A DNA stretch of 64,000 nt from positions 7,316,001-7,380,000 of the forward strand of contig NW_025964223.1 of assembly GCF_023055435.1 (NCBI RefSeq). Reading direction: 5' to 3'. The notes below the pieces were generated by a model. The model saw only the letters and a program-made list of their open reading frames with translations. It made no database searches and was not told the origin of the DNA. Shown here piece by piece: positions 1 to 13,655 of the stretch (its first letter is position 1; every line of letters starts with the position of its first letter). This stretch comes from Haliotis rufescens (Eukaryota). The position numbers and the translations under genes were made by a program.

Positions 1-630
1 AAGGAAGGTCATATATACAATACACAACGCCAAGCGATCAGAGGCGCCATATCTGTGTAGTCTCTGTGCAGAATTACGTCCCTTGAGAGTGTCAGTATCC
101 GCTGATGGTGGGCTTAAATACCAGATTCCACACCAAATTGACCACTGTTCAAAGAAGCGTAAAACCAAACACACTCACTGAGCAACTGTAAACCTAAGCC
201 AAGGAATAAGACACCTTGAACCGTAACACTTATTTAACAGGTCAAAGTGTTCTCATCACCAATTGTTCGTGATTGAACACATGTCTTCGCTCGTCTGCGC
301 ATCATTTAAACGCATTGGGTTCCACTTTGTCCGTTTCCGAGTGTGTGTTTGTGTGCGAGTCATAGAGCTCGTTGACATGGGGATTACGAGTCATAGAGCC
401 CGTTAACATGGGGATGCTTGCACAGCGATGCAGGAACACTTAGGGTGATTTGAAAAGCATCTTTCGCGGACCAGATAACACGTTTATCTGTATGTTTTAT
501 AGAATGAAGATATCATGTTAGAAGCAGGAATACAGAATGTTTAACTTGTTCTCAAATATACACTTAGAAAAAGGCTTCATTCCCTCTTTGTTTTTACATA
601 TTTCGATCTTGCATGTTTCGCTGTTCAGTT

Positions 631-740
631 CGAAGACCCGGGTTTGATTCCCGACATGGGTACACTGTGTGAAGCCCATTTCTGGTGTCCGCCGCCGTGA
701 TATTGCTGGAATATTGCTAATCACTCTCTCACTCATTCAA
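631..740 (+). mobile_element. 5'-truncated tRNA-derived SINE (family A)
   Basis: B-box-like GGTTTGATTCC, then the body and tail shared with the full copies at 24963 and 50443. Confidence 0.75.
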
Positions 741-1643
741 TGTGATCATGGCAAATTCACGGTCGGGACACCAGAAATAGGCTCCACACAGCCAAGCCTG
801 GGTCATCGGCGTAACGAGACAAGGCTTAAACAACTAGGCTACTCCACCGCCTGGAAAACATATTATCATATTTGACCGCGATAAATCGGGGCTGGCTCGA
901 CAGATTGATGCATACTCAATAAATATTGTATATTGCCTTCAGCACAACGTTCAGCAAGTGAATGTTGTTTAACGCCGCAGTCAGCAATGTTGGTGTCTGA
1001 GCGAGACAAGCCAATGTTTGATACACAGGAATTCGTTATTGGTCAGTAAATGAAACTCTATATAAATGTATATTTATTGACCAATAACGAGTTCCTGTGG
1101 TTTGATATGTTGTGTAACAATCCACACTGTGGAATCCAGATGACACGTAGGCTCTTGCAAGCATGGCGTACCTGGGATCTTGCATGATCCGGAATCCTCG
1201 TATGACATGAGAACATGGCACAAGGAATAGAGGATAATAAACTCTGTTGACACTTAACGTGGGAGGTGATCATTGTCAGACTGGCGTCCCGGGTATTCTG
1301 CCAAGGGAGGTAACTCCAGTGTTCTGCAGTGTTTCCTATGCCAAGATGTTTCATATATTAAAGATTCCTAATGACATTATTCTTACAAAGGTAATTATAT
1401 TTCCATATGCTATGTTTCTACCAAGTCACCGAGTCTAACCACCCGATCCATTTAGTCTCCTCTTACGGCTAACATAGGATGCTGGGGACATTATCGTCTT
1501 TTGAAACATTAATCTTTATATATAATGAGTATTGTATTTACATGTGGGAATTCAGTCTACCTCAAGCTTATCGCAATGAGAATTTTCTTTCTTATTCACC
1601 ACACTCTACAGTAATTATTAAAGCAACTCTTTTTTCATTAAAA

Positions 1644-1649
1644 TTTATT
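1644..1649 (-). promoter_or_regulatory. Candidate poly(A) signal of the deubiquitinase gene
   Basis: AATAAA on the minus strand about 710 nt past the stop codon. Confidence 0.35.
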
Positions 1650-2359
1650 GTATTGAAACAAAAGAGTTGATGAGTTATGAATGGACACAATTTAACATAC
1701 AATTGATGAAAAACATAAAAAACAAACAATAACGACAAATCAAAATCAAATTCCCAACGGTAACAGAAGTTTGTTTTTCCACTTTTGTTTATCATGACGC
1801 CTAAATCAGATGATTGAACGGATGTCACCCGCATCCTGATCAGGACTTGCTTGATGTCTGTGTTACATCTGTGTTCAACAGTCCTCGCTAGGTGGGACCA
1901 CTTTGTGTCTCTTGTTTTGGGCCTTCAGCGTGGCAGTTACTCGTATCCCAGCATGCTGTCAATGTTCAGCCTGTGCTCCATTATAGTCTCGTTAACAAGT
2001 AAGCCTGTTCTCCATCAACTCGTGTGCCTGCTCCTCCCTTTAGGAGAAAATCTTGATGCAGCTTTCAGGCTGTAAGTGTCTCTTAGCAGACCGTGCATGC
2101 TGTTACTACCACACGTGTCCAGCCTGTGTTCAATGAGGTAGCATCAAGTGCTGGCCTTGCATGTTGAGACTACTATAACAGTGTGCATATCGTGCCCAAT
2201 CAGTCATAATCAAGCCATGTTCTGGCCTTGCTCTGAAGGAGGACAAATGCACCTCGATGTGGCCACCAGAGATCGTGTCCTTTTTCATTCTCACAGAGGG
2301 ACAGATGCACCTCAAGGTGGCTGTCATACCGAAAGTTTGGGAAGGTACTACCAGGGAAG

Positions 2360-4265
2360 TTATCCCCCTTCTGACATCGACTCGACCTTGAACCCTGTCA
2401 GCGAATACTGAGTGGGTCCTACTGCCATGCCACTGTAATAAGCCACCACTTGACTCAGGGAAGGAAACCTCAGAAGGCTCGACTTCCCATCAACGTCAGT
2501 GGCGCCTAAAATATCCTTGACATGGCTGTCGACAACCATCCAGCCACCAGCAGGGTTCTGCAGCAAGGCCGAGCTTCTGCCATCAAAGGTGATAATGGCT
2601 CCCTGGCAGTCCTGGGCGTTGACAACCCTCCCCACAGCATCCCCAAACTCCCTGAGGGGCTGGCCTGGCATCCACTCCCAGGTCAACTGACTCGTTAGGG
2701 AGTTCGAGTCCATGCTGCCAGGGTACAGAAGTCCCTGCATCTCGCAGACTCGGCCGCACCGGACAGGCCATCTCGACTGGGAGTCTTCTGGCTCCTCCAT
2801 CATCTCGTCTGCTGCCAGATGTTTGCTGAGAGGAGCCCAGCTTCCCATGGTGTCGAGGATGGCGTCATGAAGACGGTCCCCCATGACGAGGACCCCGTCA
2901 AGTGTAGCTGGAGTCCACAGACCAGCAGGAACAACTGCACTGGCAACAATGGCGGTGAATGCCACCGAGGTGCACTGGGTTCCTGGATGTCGAGATCTGA
3001 AAGAAAAGAAACAAGAACTTTTATTCACAGAAGTAACTTTTGAAAGATGAATTTCGAAGTTGTTCTCAAATAAAAAAAGTATTGTTTAAATTCCCTCATC
3101 AAAATATGCCTAAAGGGTTGACTGCAATGTTTAAGTAGTACATAATTCTCCAATATTACAAATATTTAGTTTATACACTTCACTTACGGGCTCCACACTT
3201 CTGAAATGTGGCCTTGGTGGAAGTGTCCGAGGATGGAGTGTCTGCATTCAGGCTGACCGGACACTTCCACTGTGTCCTTGACCTCTGTAGCTGACTGGCT
3301 GGACGTGGGTGGGAGTTCCCTGGCGGTCTGGGCTGTGTGCGCAGATCTTGATGGGAGAAGAGGGTGTTCCCCGGCCGGGGTGCCATATCCAGAAAGAGTA
3401 GCCCGAGGCTGTGAGCTGTAATCCCCTGGGGTGGGGGTAAGGAAGCTCCTTAAGTCCAGTATAGGCTTCTGGGACCTTCAATGTGAAGAGAGAGACGTTT
3501 AGTTTCAGTGATGGAGTATCGTATCATTATGACGTATGAAACTACATTGTTACAAGAATACTGTATCGATTTGAAAAAACAAAAGTTTACATTACTGTTT
3601 TAGTTCTGACGGCTAAAATAAACATCCGAATGGCGGGGAATAATGGCACCATAGCGTTATTGTAAAACATACTAGCTGCCCTAACCTTGATCTCTCGAGG
3701 AAAAGACAGCAGTTTATAATTTGGTCAGTTTCGTATAAGGGAGTGCGACTTACCTAGGGCTGGGACGGGTAACTCGGGTACCCGGGTCGGGTGGGTACTG
3801 AGTAGGACCCGGGCACCCACAGGACTACCCGGACCCGTGGTTAGTCACGTGATATATTGTTTAATGACCAAAATAATCTAGAACTCCATGGTTACACTAC
3901 AAATCACTAATGTTCGCATTTCTTTCTGGCTATGCACCCATATCTTCTGATTTTTCATATGATTGAATAAAGATATAACTTAATTCAACTTCAGTGTATG
4001 AATGACCAGATTGTTCAATACATGTATCTAAATACGTTTTACCAGGGCTATGCTAAAAATGTTCCCATTCGGACATTTTGAGACATCTCCTGAGACCTAC
4101 AGTGGGTACCCGGGTAGGATCGGGTAATAGGGGGGTGGGTACCCGGGTAGTAAATTTGGACTCGTCCCAGCACTTCACTTACCCATTCAGGGATCTTGCA
4201 GGAAGTTCTTTGATCTTTGTCTCTTTGTAATAATCGCCCCCGTCATCCTTCAAGTCAATTATCAT
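2360..4265 (-). CDS. Viral-tegument-like deubiquitinase (VTD / peptidase C76-like), 3 exons, about 335 aa
   Basis: Exons 4265-4183, 3475-3188, 2996-2360; GT-AG, both introns phase 2; 1008 nt open. Motifs GHFHQG, GTQC (catalytic Cys), W-x4-LDGVLVMGD and VVDSH (Asp/His). Exon 1 is the least certain. Confidence 0.75.
3755..4175. mobile_element. hAT-type MITE, 421 bp
   Basis: TIRs TAGGGCTGGGACG / CGTCCCAGCACTT; 8-bp TSD GACTTACC / CACTTACC; subterminal GGGTACCCGGG repeats; related copy at 46651. Confidence 0.8.
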
Positions 4266-6191
4266 AGTATCAGTTATCAATACTGTTACTGCTACTTGAC
4301 TGTATGCTCGGCTAATATCAGAAATGTAAAGACTACGTTGTCGTTGTTTACTGTTCGAACAGCGAGCTTGAGTCTGATATATATCACAGTATTATATATG
4401 CCATCATGGTATCATTATAAAGTATCAGTTAGTTTCAGTTGTCAAGACTGACGACTAGATCCTCTACAACATATACCACTACACGACAACTACAAATAAC
4501 AACTGGTAATGCATCGAATCCTTCAACCAATCGGTTCTCACTGTTCGAATGGTATTTGACGACGACTATTAATACTGCTGTTGAACATGGGATGAACTGT
4601 TTCTACAGGACCTGGACAAGTTGACATCTTCATTTGTGACTGTGCCACGAGGAAAATTTAAACTTTAATTTGTCAAGCGGAGACAAATAAATATATTTCA
4701 GCGTGTTACTGAGGGCTTCGTGGACTTGGAGAGACACGGGTACAAAGGTCATTAGGCAAAAAATATGGTTCGAACACGAAAGCACTAGGAAGACAATAAT
4801 ACTATGAAACCTACCGCTACTCGAAAGGTGCAGCAGAATCTCCGGGCCTGCCGAGAACACCACTTCCTGAGTCTACGGAAGTACGACTGGGGAATGTGGA
4901 TCTTACTCGCCATTGTGTCCAGGGCAGATGTACCAGTGTTTCAGAGACGTTGGGAATGCATAAAAGATATTAATTCACATACAAATATGCCAGTGGCACG
5001 CCACTCACGGCGAATCAAGAGTTGGTGTGAAGTCAAACGCCCCTCTCTTGCAACTCAGGCGACAATCGTGTGACGTCATGAGAAACAACCAATCACAGTG
5101 CGTCACTAAGTGGCTCCATACAGCGACATTTCAAAACACCATTTGGAAGAGCTGGTAAGTGGCTCAAAGTCCAAAATCAATAATCTACATTCGGTATTTG
5201 AATTAACTTTGTGTCCTTTTTATCACATCTTTAATCTTCCACAAGGTTAAAACGGTTTAGAATCTAATTAAGAAAAAATGTTCATGGAAATACGTGTAAG
5301 AGAACAAAACAATTACCCTTGAAACACGCCTTTAATATTATATTATGCACATACAATTACAGTATTACACACTACATGTAGTTCTCCACTGCAAATACAC
5401 AGAAACTATAGGGGACTAGAAATGGGCAAGTTGCAACCTATTCATTGACTCAAAATCCACTTGTTTGATAAATCAAAACTGATCACGTACATCAATCTTA
5501 CATGCATTATAGCTAAAATGGATAGAATTATCATAAAAACGCCCGCATGTTATCAGAAATGAGCGAGCCACTGTAACTTGATAATGCCCTCATATCACTT
5601 GACGACGGGCCATTATCACGCCCGTTGTTAGGTGACGTCATAGGATAGGGATAGGTGACGTAACGTTCAATAGTGACGTCATCTGGTTTGTTCTATGACG
5701 TTTCCATATTTGTAAAAGTGGGTCAGTGACATTCGTGTTGTTTGCAGTAAATGTTTCAAAATCGACATTGTTGTTTCTTTTTATTTGATAACAAATTCCA
5801 TCCATTTTAGCTATAATAACGGTAACGCTATTTTTCAGGGCATTATCATTTTGCAGAAGCCCTCGGTCTTTTCAACTGCCCTCCTTCGTCGGGCAGTTAA
5901 TGGAAGACCTCGGGCTTCTGCAAATGATAATGCCCTGGACCCGGTTGTATCAAAGCCTCATTAACTAATGGCTACATTAAACCCTAATGATACATTAAAT
6001 GCTTAATGCACCATTAGTTAATGGCATCATTAAAATCGGTTGTATCAAACGTTTATTAGCATATCATTATCTAATGATGCCTTAATGTAAGTGTCCTCAT
6101 TAAGCTGTCATTAAATTCGGTGTTTCCCCTAAATATTTCCCACAATTCCTTGACGTAAACACGTACGCGTTACTTCCGGTCGTCTGTCAAA

Positions 6192-6266
6192 ATGGCATCG
6201 TATCCACCTAAACCTAGGAATAGAAACAAGAATTTCGACAGCTCCGAAATTCAGCTATTAGCTTAA
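6192..6266 (+). pseudogene. Truncated Harbinger Myb/SANT gene stub (24 codons, then TAA)
   Basis: Identical to the first 24 residues of the ORF at 8927; the stop is created by the deletion junction. Confidence 0.85.
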
Positions 6267-6441
6267 CAGTAATAAACAAAGCTGGGAAACCATATCCCTT
6301 TGATTCAACATGAAAAGAGAAAAGTGCACGCGTTGACAAATACATACAGCGAACACTGTCAACTTATTTCTTCAGTGACAACAGATGGTATCTCTGCATT
6401 CTTCTGTATAGTTATATTAAAGCAGAGACAGTTTGACCATT

Positions 6442-8497
6442 TCAGTTAGTGAAATAGTGCCTTGTGATGTAATCACGGATGCCCCGTCCATCTTCGGGAC
6501 CTGTATATTGCCCTTCAATGTTACTGTCGTCCTCTCCATCAACATCCAGCATGGGTTCACGAAGAATTATCGCCAGATTATGCAACACAGCACAAGCACC
6601 TGTGAAATATAGTATGATTGTTTAAAGGGTTTACAGTATTGTTATCATTCGATTCTTATGTTATATGAAGGAGTGTTTCCCACTGGTGTTAGCACTGTTC
6701 CAGCTATATATATATGCGATCTTATATATCGGTTAGCTTCAAATTTATTTCATAGTTACAATGTATATTATTATCTTAAAAAGCTAACCAATGATGGTGC
6801 AAACTCTCTCTGGGCTCATCCTGATTTCACCGTGCAGAACATGGAAACGCCGTTTGAGCCACCCAAATGCTCTTTCTATGGTTGACCTTGTTCTTTTATG
6901 GGAAGAGTTGAATCGCTCTTGCTCGGGGCTAGATGGCTTTAGATACGGAGTCATCAAATACGGACGACATGCGTATCCACTGTCACCGAGAATAACGCCG
7001 TCTTGTAGAGTCGTATGGTGTGTTTCCAGGTGTTGCCGCACGTTACTCATCTTGAACACGTGGCTGTCATGCGTACTGCCTGGCCATCTCGCCACTAAGT
7101 TAGTAAATTTACCTACAGATCGAGACAAATGGGGTCAATGTTAATATAAGTCAATATTACCATCGAACTAGGTTCATATAGCAGCCACTGCCATATAGCT
7201 GAAACATTGCTGATCGCGGCATTAAACAACAAATGCTGAAATCATATCATACTATAAAGATTTGTCTCATAGCTATTTCGTTTAACAACGTGAATGGTGT
7301 CAGGGTCGTAAACATATTGTCCTTGTGACTTTGAAGGGAGGACGTGTATGCTCCATGCACAGGTTTAACAGTGACATTTGATTTGTTATTATAAAATTTT
7401 ATTTAACACACCTTGGCTGTCACACACTGCTTGAACGTTGATCGAATGGTAGCCTTTCCTGTTGACAAAGGCAGGTTCGTTGTCTGATGGTGCCTGTATC
7501 CGTACATGTGTCCCATCGATACATCCGATGACTCCAGGAAATCTAGATATATTGTAGAATTCTTTTCTAATGTCGCCTATATCCCTCTCGGACGGCCAGG
7601 TAACAAACTTGGGCACAAGTGACGCAATGGCAAGGGAAACTTTCCTCACAACTCGTGAGGCTGTTGATTTGTCTATCCCTATTGTGTCGCCAGTGATTTG
7701 CAGGAAACTTCCACTTGCAAAGAAACGTAGGGCTACCAGAACCTGATAAAATGATTATAAAGAGGCTAATGATAGGTTTGACAAATTTTCAAATATTTCC
7801 ATAATACTTATATCTACTTTGTTATTTATTTGGCTGCGTTTTCATTATGTCTCACTTAGTAAAGTGTTAATGATTGGTATAAGATGTGCATGCTTTAATT
7901 AATTAAAATGTTCTTTTGGCCGGAATCGAACTCGCAAAACTGTTCTCTTCAGTGTGCACGACACATTTAGTTTAAGTCATTAGAGTAACTTCCCCTTATG
8001 AAATTGATCATGGCTGACAACGCCAAGTTGAAAACGTATCTTTCTGGAGTGAAGTGAAAGGGATCCATGAATTTACATTACTTTCAATTGTGAAATATAT
8101 TTACAAGGTTGGTATCATTAGGCTGCACATATGACTTTACCAACACAGACCAGTGAGCTGACCCACGTAGAAGTGCGTTTCATTCATTGTAAAGATTGCC
8201 GCTATAACTTTGGCGCTATAATTATGTGTTTATTTCAAACTAGCTGAGTTTCTAGTGACGACGTGTTAATTATCAAACATTTACCTGTAGTTCAACACTA
8301 AGTGCGTGCGATCTTGAAGATTTGGGCTGTAATTCATCTCTCACAAGATCGCAGATATATCCGATGCTTGCCTTCCCAAAACGGTAGCGTGCCCTTACTT
8401 CTTCCTCGCTCATGGATTCGAGGTGTTGAGTTCGTTTTCTGAAAACACGGTCTTTCCTTGTGCGTCCTAAGCGTTCAAACAATATGTTCGCGGCCAT
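6442..8497 (-). CDS. Harbinger DDE transposase (HARBI1-like, DDE_Tnp_4), 4 exons, 341 aa
   Basis: Exons 8497-8285, 7742-7412, 7112-6789, 6599-6442; motifs [43 protein letters not shown]. Confidence 0.92.
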
Positions 8498-8926
8498 GTT
8501 TGTTTTTAATGACACGCTAATGATGCCCCAGAACCTTCATTAAGTTAATGACGCGCTAATGACACCACGACGTCATTAAAACGTTAGTACAACTGGATTT
8601 AATGATACATTAGTTAATGAAGGTTTAATGACACGTTAATGCATCATTAAAGTTTGATACAACCGGGTCCTGGACCCGGTTGTATCAAAGCCTCATTAAC
8701 TAATGGCTACATTAAACCCTAATGATACATTAAATGCTTAATGCACCATTAGTTAATGGCATCATTAAAATCGGTTGTATCAAACGTTTATTAGCATATC
8801 ATTATCTAATGGTGCCTTAATGTAAGTGTCCTCATTAAGCTGTCATTAAATTCGGTGTTTCCCCTAAATATTTCCCACAATTCCTTGACGTAAACACGTA
8901 CGCGTTACTTCCGGTCGTCTGTCAAA

Positions 8927-10930
8927 ATGGCATCGTATCCACCTAAACCTAGGAATAGAAACAAGAATTTCGACAGCTCCGAAATTCAGCTATTAGCCGA
9001 GTTGGTGGAGAAACACATCTCCATACTTAACAGTAAGTTTTGCAGCACCGTTACCCACGAAAGAAAGAATGCTATTTGGGCAGACATAACTTCCAAAGTT
9101 AACGCCCTCGGTGTTTGTCAGCGTACAACAAAAGAAATAAAAACAAAATGGACGAACATGCACCAGACGGCCAAAAGGGAATTCAGTAACAGACAGCTGG
9201 ACATGAGGAAGACCGGGGGAGGGCCCTGTATTGCCCCACTTTCCACGACGAGTGAAAAGATAGTTGACATTTACAAGGAATGTCCCAGTTTCACTGGACT
9301 CACGGGCATCGAATCGGACGATCTAGTGATGCAAATGGGTATGTCGCCTGCGTTCAATAAAATATCGATACACAAACTGTTGTAAGTTTTAAAAAGTACT
9401 TTACATGAGACAACGAACAAGTAGCCTAATCAAATCAGCTGCTCATACACGTTGAACAAGGCTATGGGGAATGGGATGTTGCACATGATTTGATGATCAT
9501 ATATCAAGAGGAAATGAAAAAACAAACATTTAACCAACCTTTTTCACAACTATACTCTTTCAGTACAATTGCCGGTTGTGATAAAATACACAGTGCACAG
9601 TTTCATATTTTTCATCAGTTCTCCGACCGGCAGCCATTGTGAAACGAGAAGGGGGGCAACTCTCATTACCCCTGTTCCTAACCCAAAAGTTCACGTTGTG
9701 TCTTTCGATGTTAAGTTCAAATCTTGACATTTTTCGTCTCCAAATGCATATTTTATGTGAAGCATTTTTACTTTTCAAGAGAGAATTTACTTATGACGAC
9801 AAAATTGGGTGAAATATATGCCTCATTATATCAAACTAATTTTTTTTCAACGTGGTTGAATAGGACATATGTTATCAAACACAAATTTAACATACAATTC
9901 TAATATATCATTTCATTTGGCTATAAGGCTAATGATAATAACACTGGTGCCAACATGAGTAAAAGAAAAACACTTATACAATCAGAATTTGTTTTTGCAC
10001 TATAGAGGGGTGAAGGTTTTTGTTGTTTTCAATCTACTATTTCATCATTTGTCATGGGTTGGGATAATTATTTCTGTAGAAACGATTTTGTTACCCGTGA
10101 AGAAAAATAAGACGACAAAAGAAAATGTATTATCGTGATCCATAGCTAATTCTCACTGGAACCGAAAAACAAATGTAATTAGTTGAGCGCAACAGAGTTG
10201 TGTCCCTTTACTGCTGGTTCGTGTAAACCGTACCTCTCCGGTTTCAACAGTGTAATCAAATATTAATTATCGTTATATAACAACTTATTTTCAAAAAGTG
10301 TGCAAATAACTTTATGTGTGTGCAGGTACGGAAGTCGCCGATGTAATTGCCACTCCTTCGACTTTACATCTGTTAGCACGGGCTTTAGAAGAAAATGTTG
10401 GCGATGTCCCTATTCAGGAAGCGTCTGTGCCGAATTGTTCCAGCTCACAGATCTACCCAGAAGGAGAATTGTCTGTCGACCCATCTGCATTACATGCCGA
10501 CATCAATACCATGGAAGAGTATGTCGTATTATTTCATACTGGGATCTATCTTCTTGCAGCAGTGCTAACATACATGAAATGCCAAGTCCTTTTCTGCACT
10601 CGCCCACCCATTAGATTGTAACACTCAAACTAATTTTGGCCTTTAACATACGCGTATACACCGTAGAATTAATTGTATATACATACGGAGACTCGCATGA
10701 CCATAATGATCAAATGATACAAAACAATATATTTTTTCAGGCCTTTGGTCCAGACTGTGTCGAAATCAAATCGTGTCACCAAGAGAAAGATCAAACAGGA
10801 TGACATCACTCGACTGCAGTATGAGGTTTTGCTTGAGCAGAAAAAAAAAGTCATTCAGCAAACTATTTACTTTGAGCTCATGAACAAGAAGCTCCGATTG
10901 GAGTTGGATAGCTTGATGCACTATGAATGA
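8927..10930 (+). CDS. Harbinger Myb/SANT-like DNA-binding protein, 3 exons, 264 aa
   Basis: Exons 8927-9338, 10326-10518, 10741-10930 (phases 1 and 2 match); NF-x3-E-x2-L, W-x2-I-x3-VN, KW and TGGG motifs; coiled-coil-like C-terminus. Confidence 0.9.
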
Positions 10931-11599
10931 AAATGACATCCTCATGTTTGAAATGTTACTAAGAGTTCATTAAAAAATATACAATTAGTTTGATAGTGTG
11001 CTACTCAGTGTTGTGTTGTATATTGTATAGCTTCAATTGAACGAACGGGAGATAACTAACAATGTCAATTTTAATAAATTGTTATCCATCTTTTACTTTA
11101 TACTATATACAAGTAACCAAACACGTATCACTTCGGTAGATTGCTGGGTGCTCTTTACGTATGTAGCTGTCAATAACGATGAGTTGATGAGATAAACCGA
11201 TCAGTTAATTCACGATTTCGATGAAATTTATATAAACCATATTCAATAAAATTAATGTGATAGACTCATTGCTAAAGATACACAAAGAACCTTACATGCT
11301 CACCGTGAAGTCTTGGCGTTGTGCAACAAATTCAAACTCATTGTATGCGTGTAGCGTTTAGCCGTATTTTTCTGAAGGGAAATGTGCACTGTACACTGGA
11401 CAATATTTACGCAGTAATCTAAATTAAAGTTAAACAAAGCTGGGAAACCATATCCCTTTGATTCAACACGAAAAGAGAAAATTGCACGCATTGACAAATA
11501 CATACAGCGAACACTGTCAACTTATTTCTTCAGTGACAACAGATGGTATCTCTGCATTCTTCTGTATAGTTATATTAAAGCAGAGACAGTTTGACCATT

Positions 11600-13655
11600 T
11601 CAGTTAGTGAAATAGTGCCTTGTGATGTAATCACGGATGCCCCGTCCATCTTCGGGACCTGTATATTGCCCTTCAATGTTACTGTCGTCCTCTCCATCAA
11701 CATCCAGCATGGGTTCACGAAGAATTATCGCCAGATTATGCAACACAGCACAAGCACCTGTGAAATATAGTATGATTGTTTAAAGGGTTTACAGTATTGT
11801 TATCATTCGATTCTTATGTTATATGAAGGAGTGTTTCCCACTGGTGTTAGCACTGTTCCAGCTATATATATATGCGATCTTATATATCGGTTAGCTTCAA
11901 ATTTATTTCATAGTTACAATGTATATTATTATCTTAAAAAGCTAACCAATGATGGTGCAAACTCTCTCTGGGCTCATCCTGATTTCACCGTGCAGAACAT
12001 GGAAACGCCGTTTGAGCCACCCAAATGCTCTTTCTATGGTTGACCTTGTTCTTTTATGGGAAGAGTTGAATCGCTCTTGCTCGGGGCTAGATGGCTTTAG
12101 ATACGGAGTCATCAAATACGGACGACATGCGTATCCACTGTCACCGAGAATAACGCCGTCTTGTAGAGTCGTATGGTGTGTTTCCAGGTGTTGCCGCACG
12201 TTACTCATCTTGAACACGTGGCTGTCATGCGTACTGCCTGGCCATCTCGCCACTAAGTTAGTAAATTTACCTACAGAACGAGACAAATGGGGTCAATGTT
12301 AATATAAGTCAATATTACCATCGAACTTGGTTCATATAGCAGCCACTGCCATATAGCTGAAACAGTGCTGATCGCGGCGTTAAACAACAAATGCTGAAAT
12401 CATATCATACTATAAAGATTTGTCTCATAGCTATTTCGTTTAACAACGTGAATGGTGTCAGGGTCGTAAACATATTGTCCTTGTGACTTTGAAGGGAGGA
12501 CGTGTATGCTCCATGCACAGGTTTAACAGTGACATTTGATTTGTTATTATAAAATTTTATTTAACACACCTTGGCTGTCACACACTGCTTGAACGTTGAT
12601 CGAATGGTAGCCTTTCCTATTGACAAAGGCAGGTTCGCTGTCTGATGGTGCCTGTATCCGTACATGTGTCCCATCGATACATCCGATGACTCCAGGAAAT
12701 CTAGATATATTGTAGAAATCCTTTCTAATGTCGCCTATATCCCTCTCGGACGGCCAGGTAACAAACTTGGGCACAAGAGACGCAATGGCAAGGGAAACTT
12801 TCCTCACAACTCGTGAGGCTGTTGATTTGTCTATCCCTATTGTGTCGCCAGTGATTTGCAGGAAACTTCCACTTGCAAAGAAACGTAGGGCTACCAGAAC
12901 CTGATAAAATGATTATAAAGAGGCTAATGATAGGTTTGACAAATTTTCAAATATTTCCATAATACTTATATCTACTTTGTTATTTATTTGGCTGCGTTTT
13001 CATTATGTCTTACTAAGTAAAGTGTTAATTATTGATATAAGATGTGCATGCTTTAATTAGTTAAAATGTTCTTTTGGCCGGAATCGAACACGCAAAATTG
13101 TTCTCTTCAGTGTGCACGACACATTTAGTTTAAGTCATTAGAGTAACTCCCCCTTATGAAATTGATCATGGCTGACAACGCCAAGTTGAAAACGTATCTT
13201 TCTGGAGTGAAGTGAAAGGGATCCATGAATTTACATTACTTTCAATTGTGAAATATATTTACAAGGTTGGTATCATTAGGCTGCACATATGACTTTACCA
13301 ACACAGACCAGTGAGCTGACCCACGTAGAAGTGCGTTTCATTCATTGTAAAGATTGCCGCTATAAATTTGGCGCTATAATTATGTGTTTATTTCAAACTA
13401 GCTGAGTTTCTAGTGACGACGTGTTAATTATCAAACATTTACCTGTAGTTCAACACTAAGTGCGTGCGATCTTGAAGATTTGGGCTGTAATTCATCTCTC
13501 ACAAGATCGCAGATATATCCGATGCTTGCCTTCCCAAAACGGTAGCGTGCCCTTACTTCTTCCTCGCTCATGGATTCGAGGTGTTGAGTTCGTTTTCTGA
13601 AAACACGGTCTTTCCTTGTGCGTCCTAAGCGTTCAAACAATATGTTCGCGGCCAT
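11600..13655 (-). CDS. Harbinger DDE transposase, 4 exons, 341 aa
   Basis: Exons 13655-13443, 12900-12570, 12270-11947, 11757-11600; 1026 nt open; catalytic D-D-E motifs intact. Confidence 0.93.

Larger units (their letters stand above)
5938..8669. mobile_element. PIF/Harbinger transposon, internally deleted copy (transposase only), 2732 bp
   Basis: TIRs GACCCGGTTGTATCAAA / TTTGATACAACCGGGTC; CTG TSD at 5935-5937 and 8670-8672; differs from 8673-13827 by scattered SNPs and a 2423-bp net deletion. Confidence 0.95.

Noticed and set aside
355-416. 31-bp direct duplication CGAGTCATAGAGC..CATGGGGAT
   Set aside because: Two copies only, with no partner end or TSD; cannot be assigned
6442-13655. 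Domesticated host HARBI1 or NAIF1 genes
   Set aside because: The genes lie within perfect TIRs and TSDs and are duplicated, so they are transposon genes
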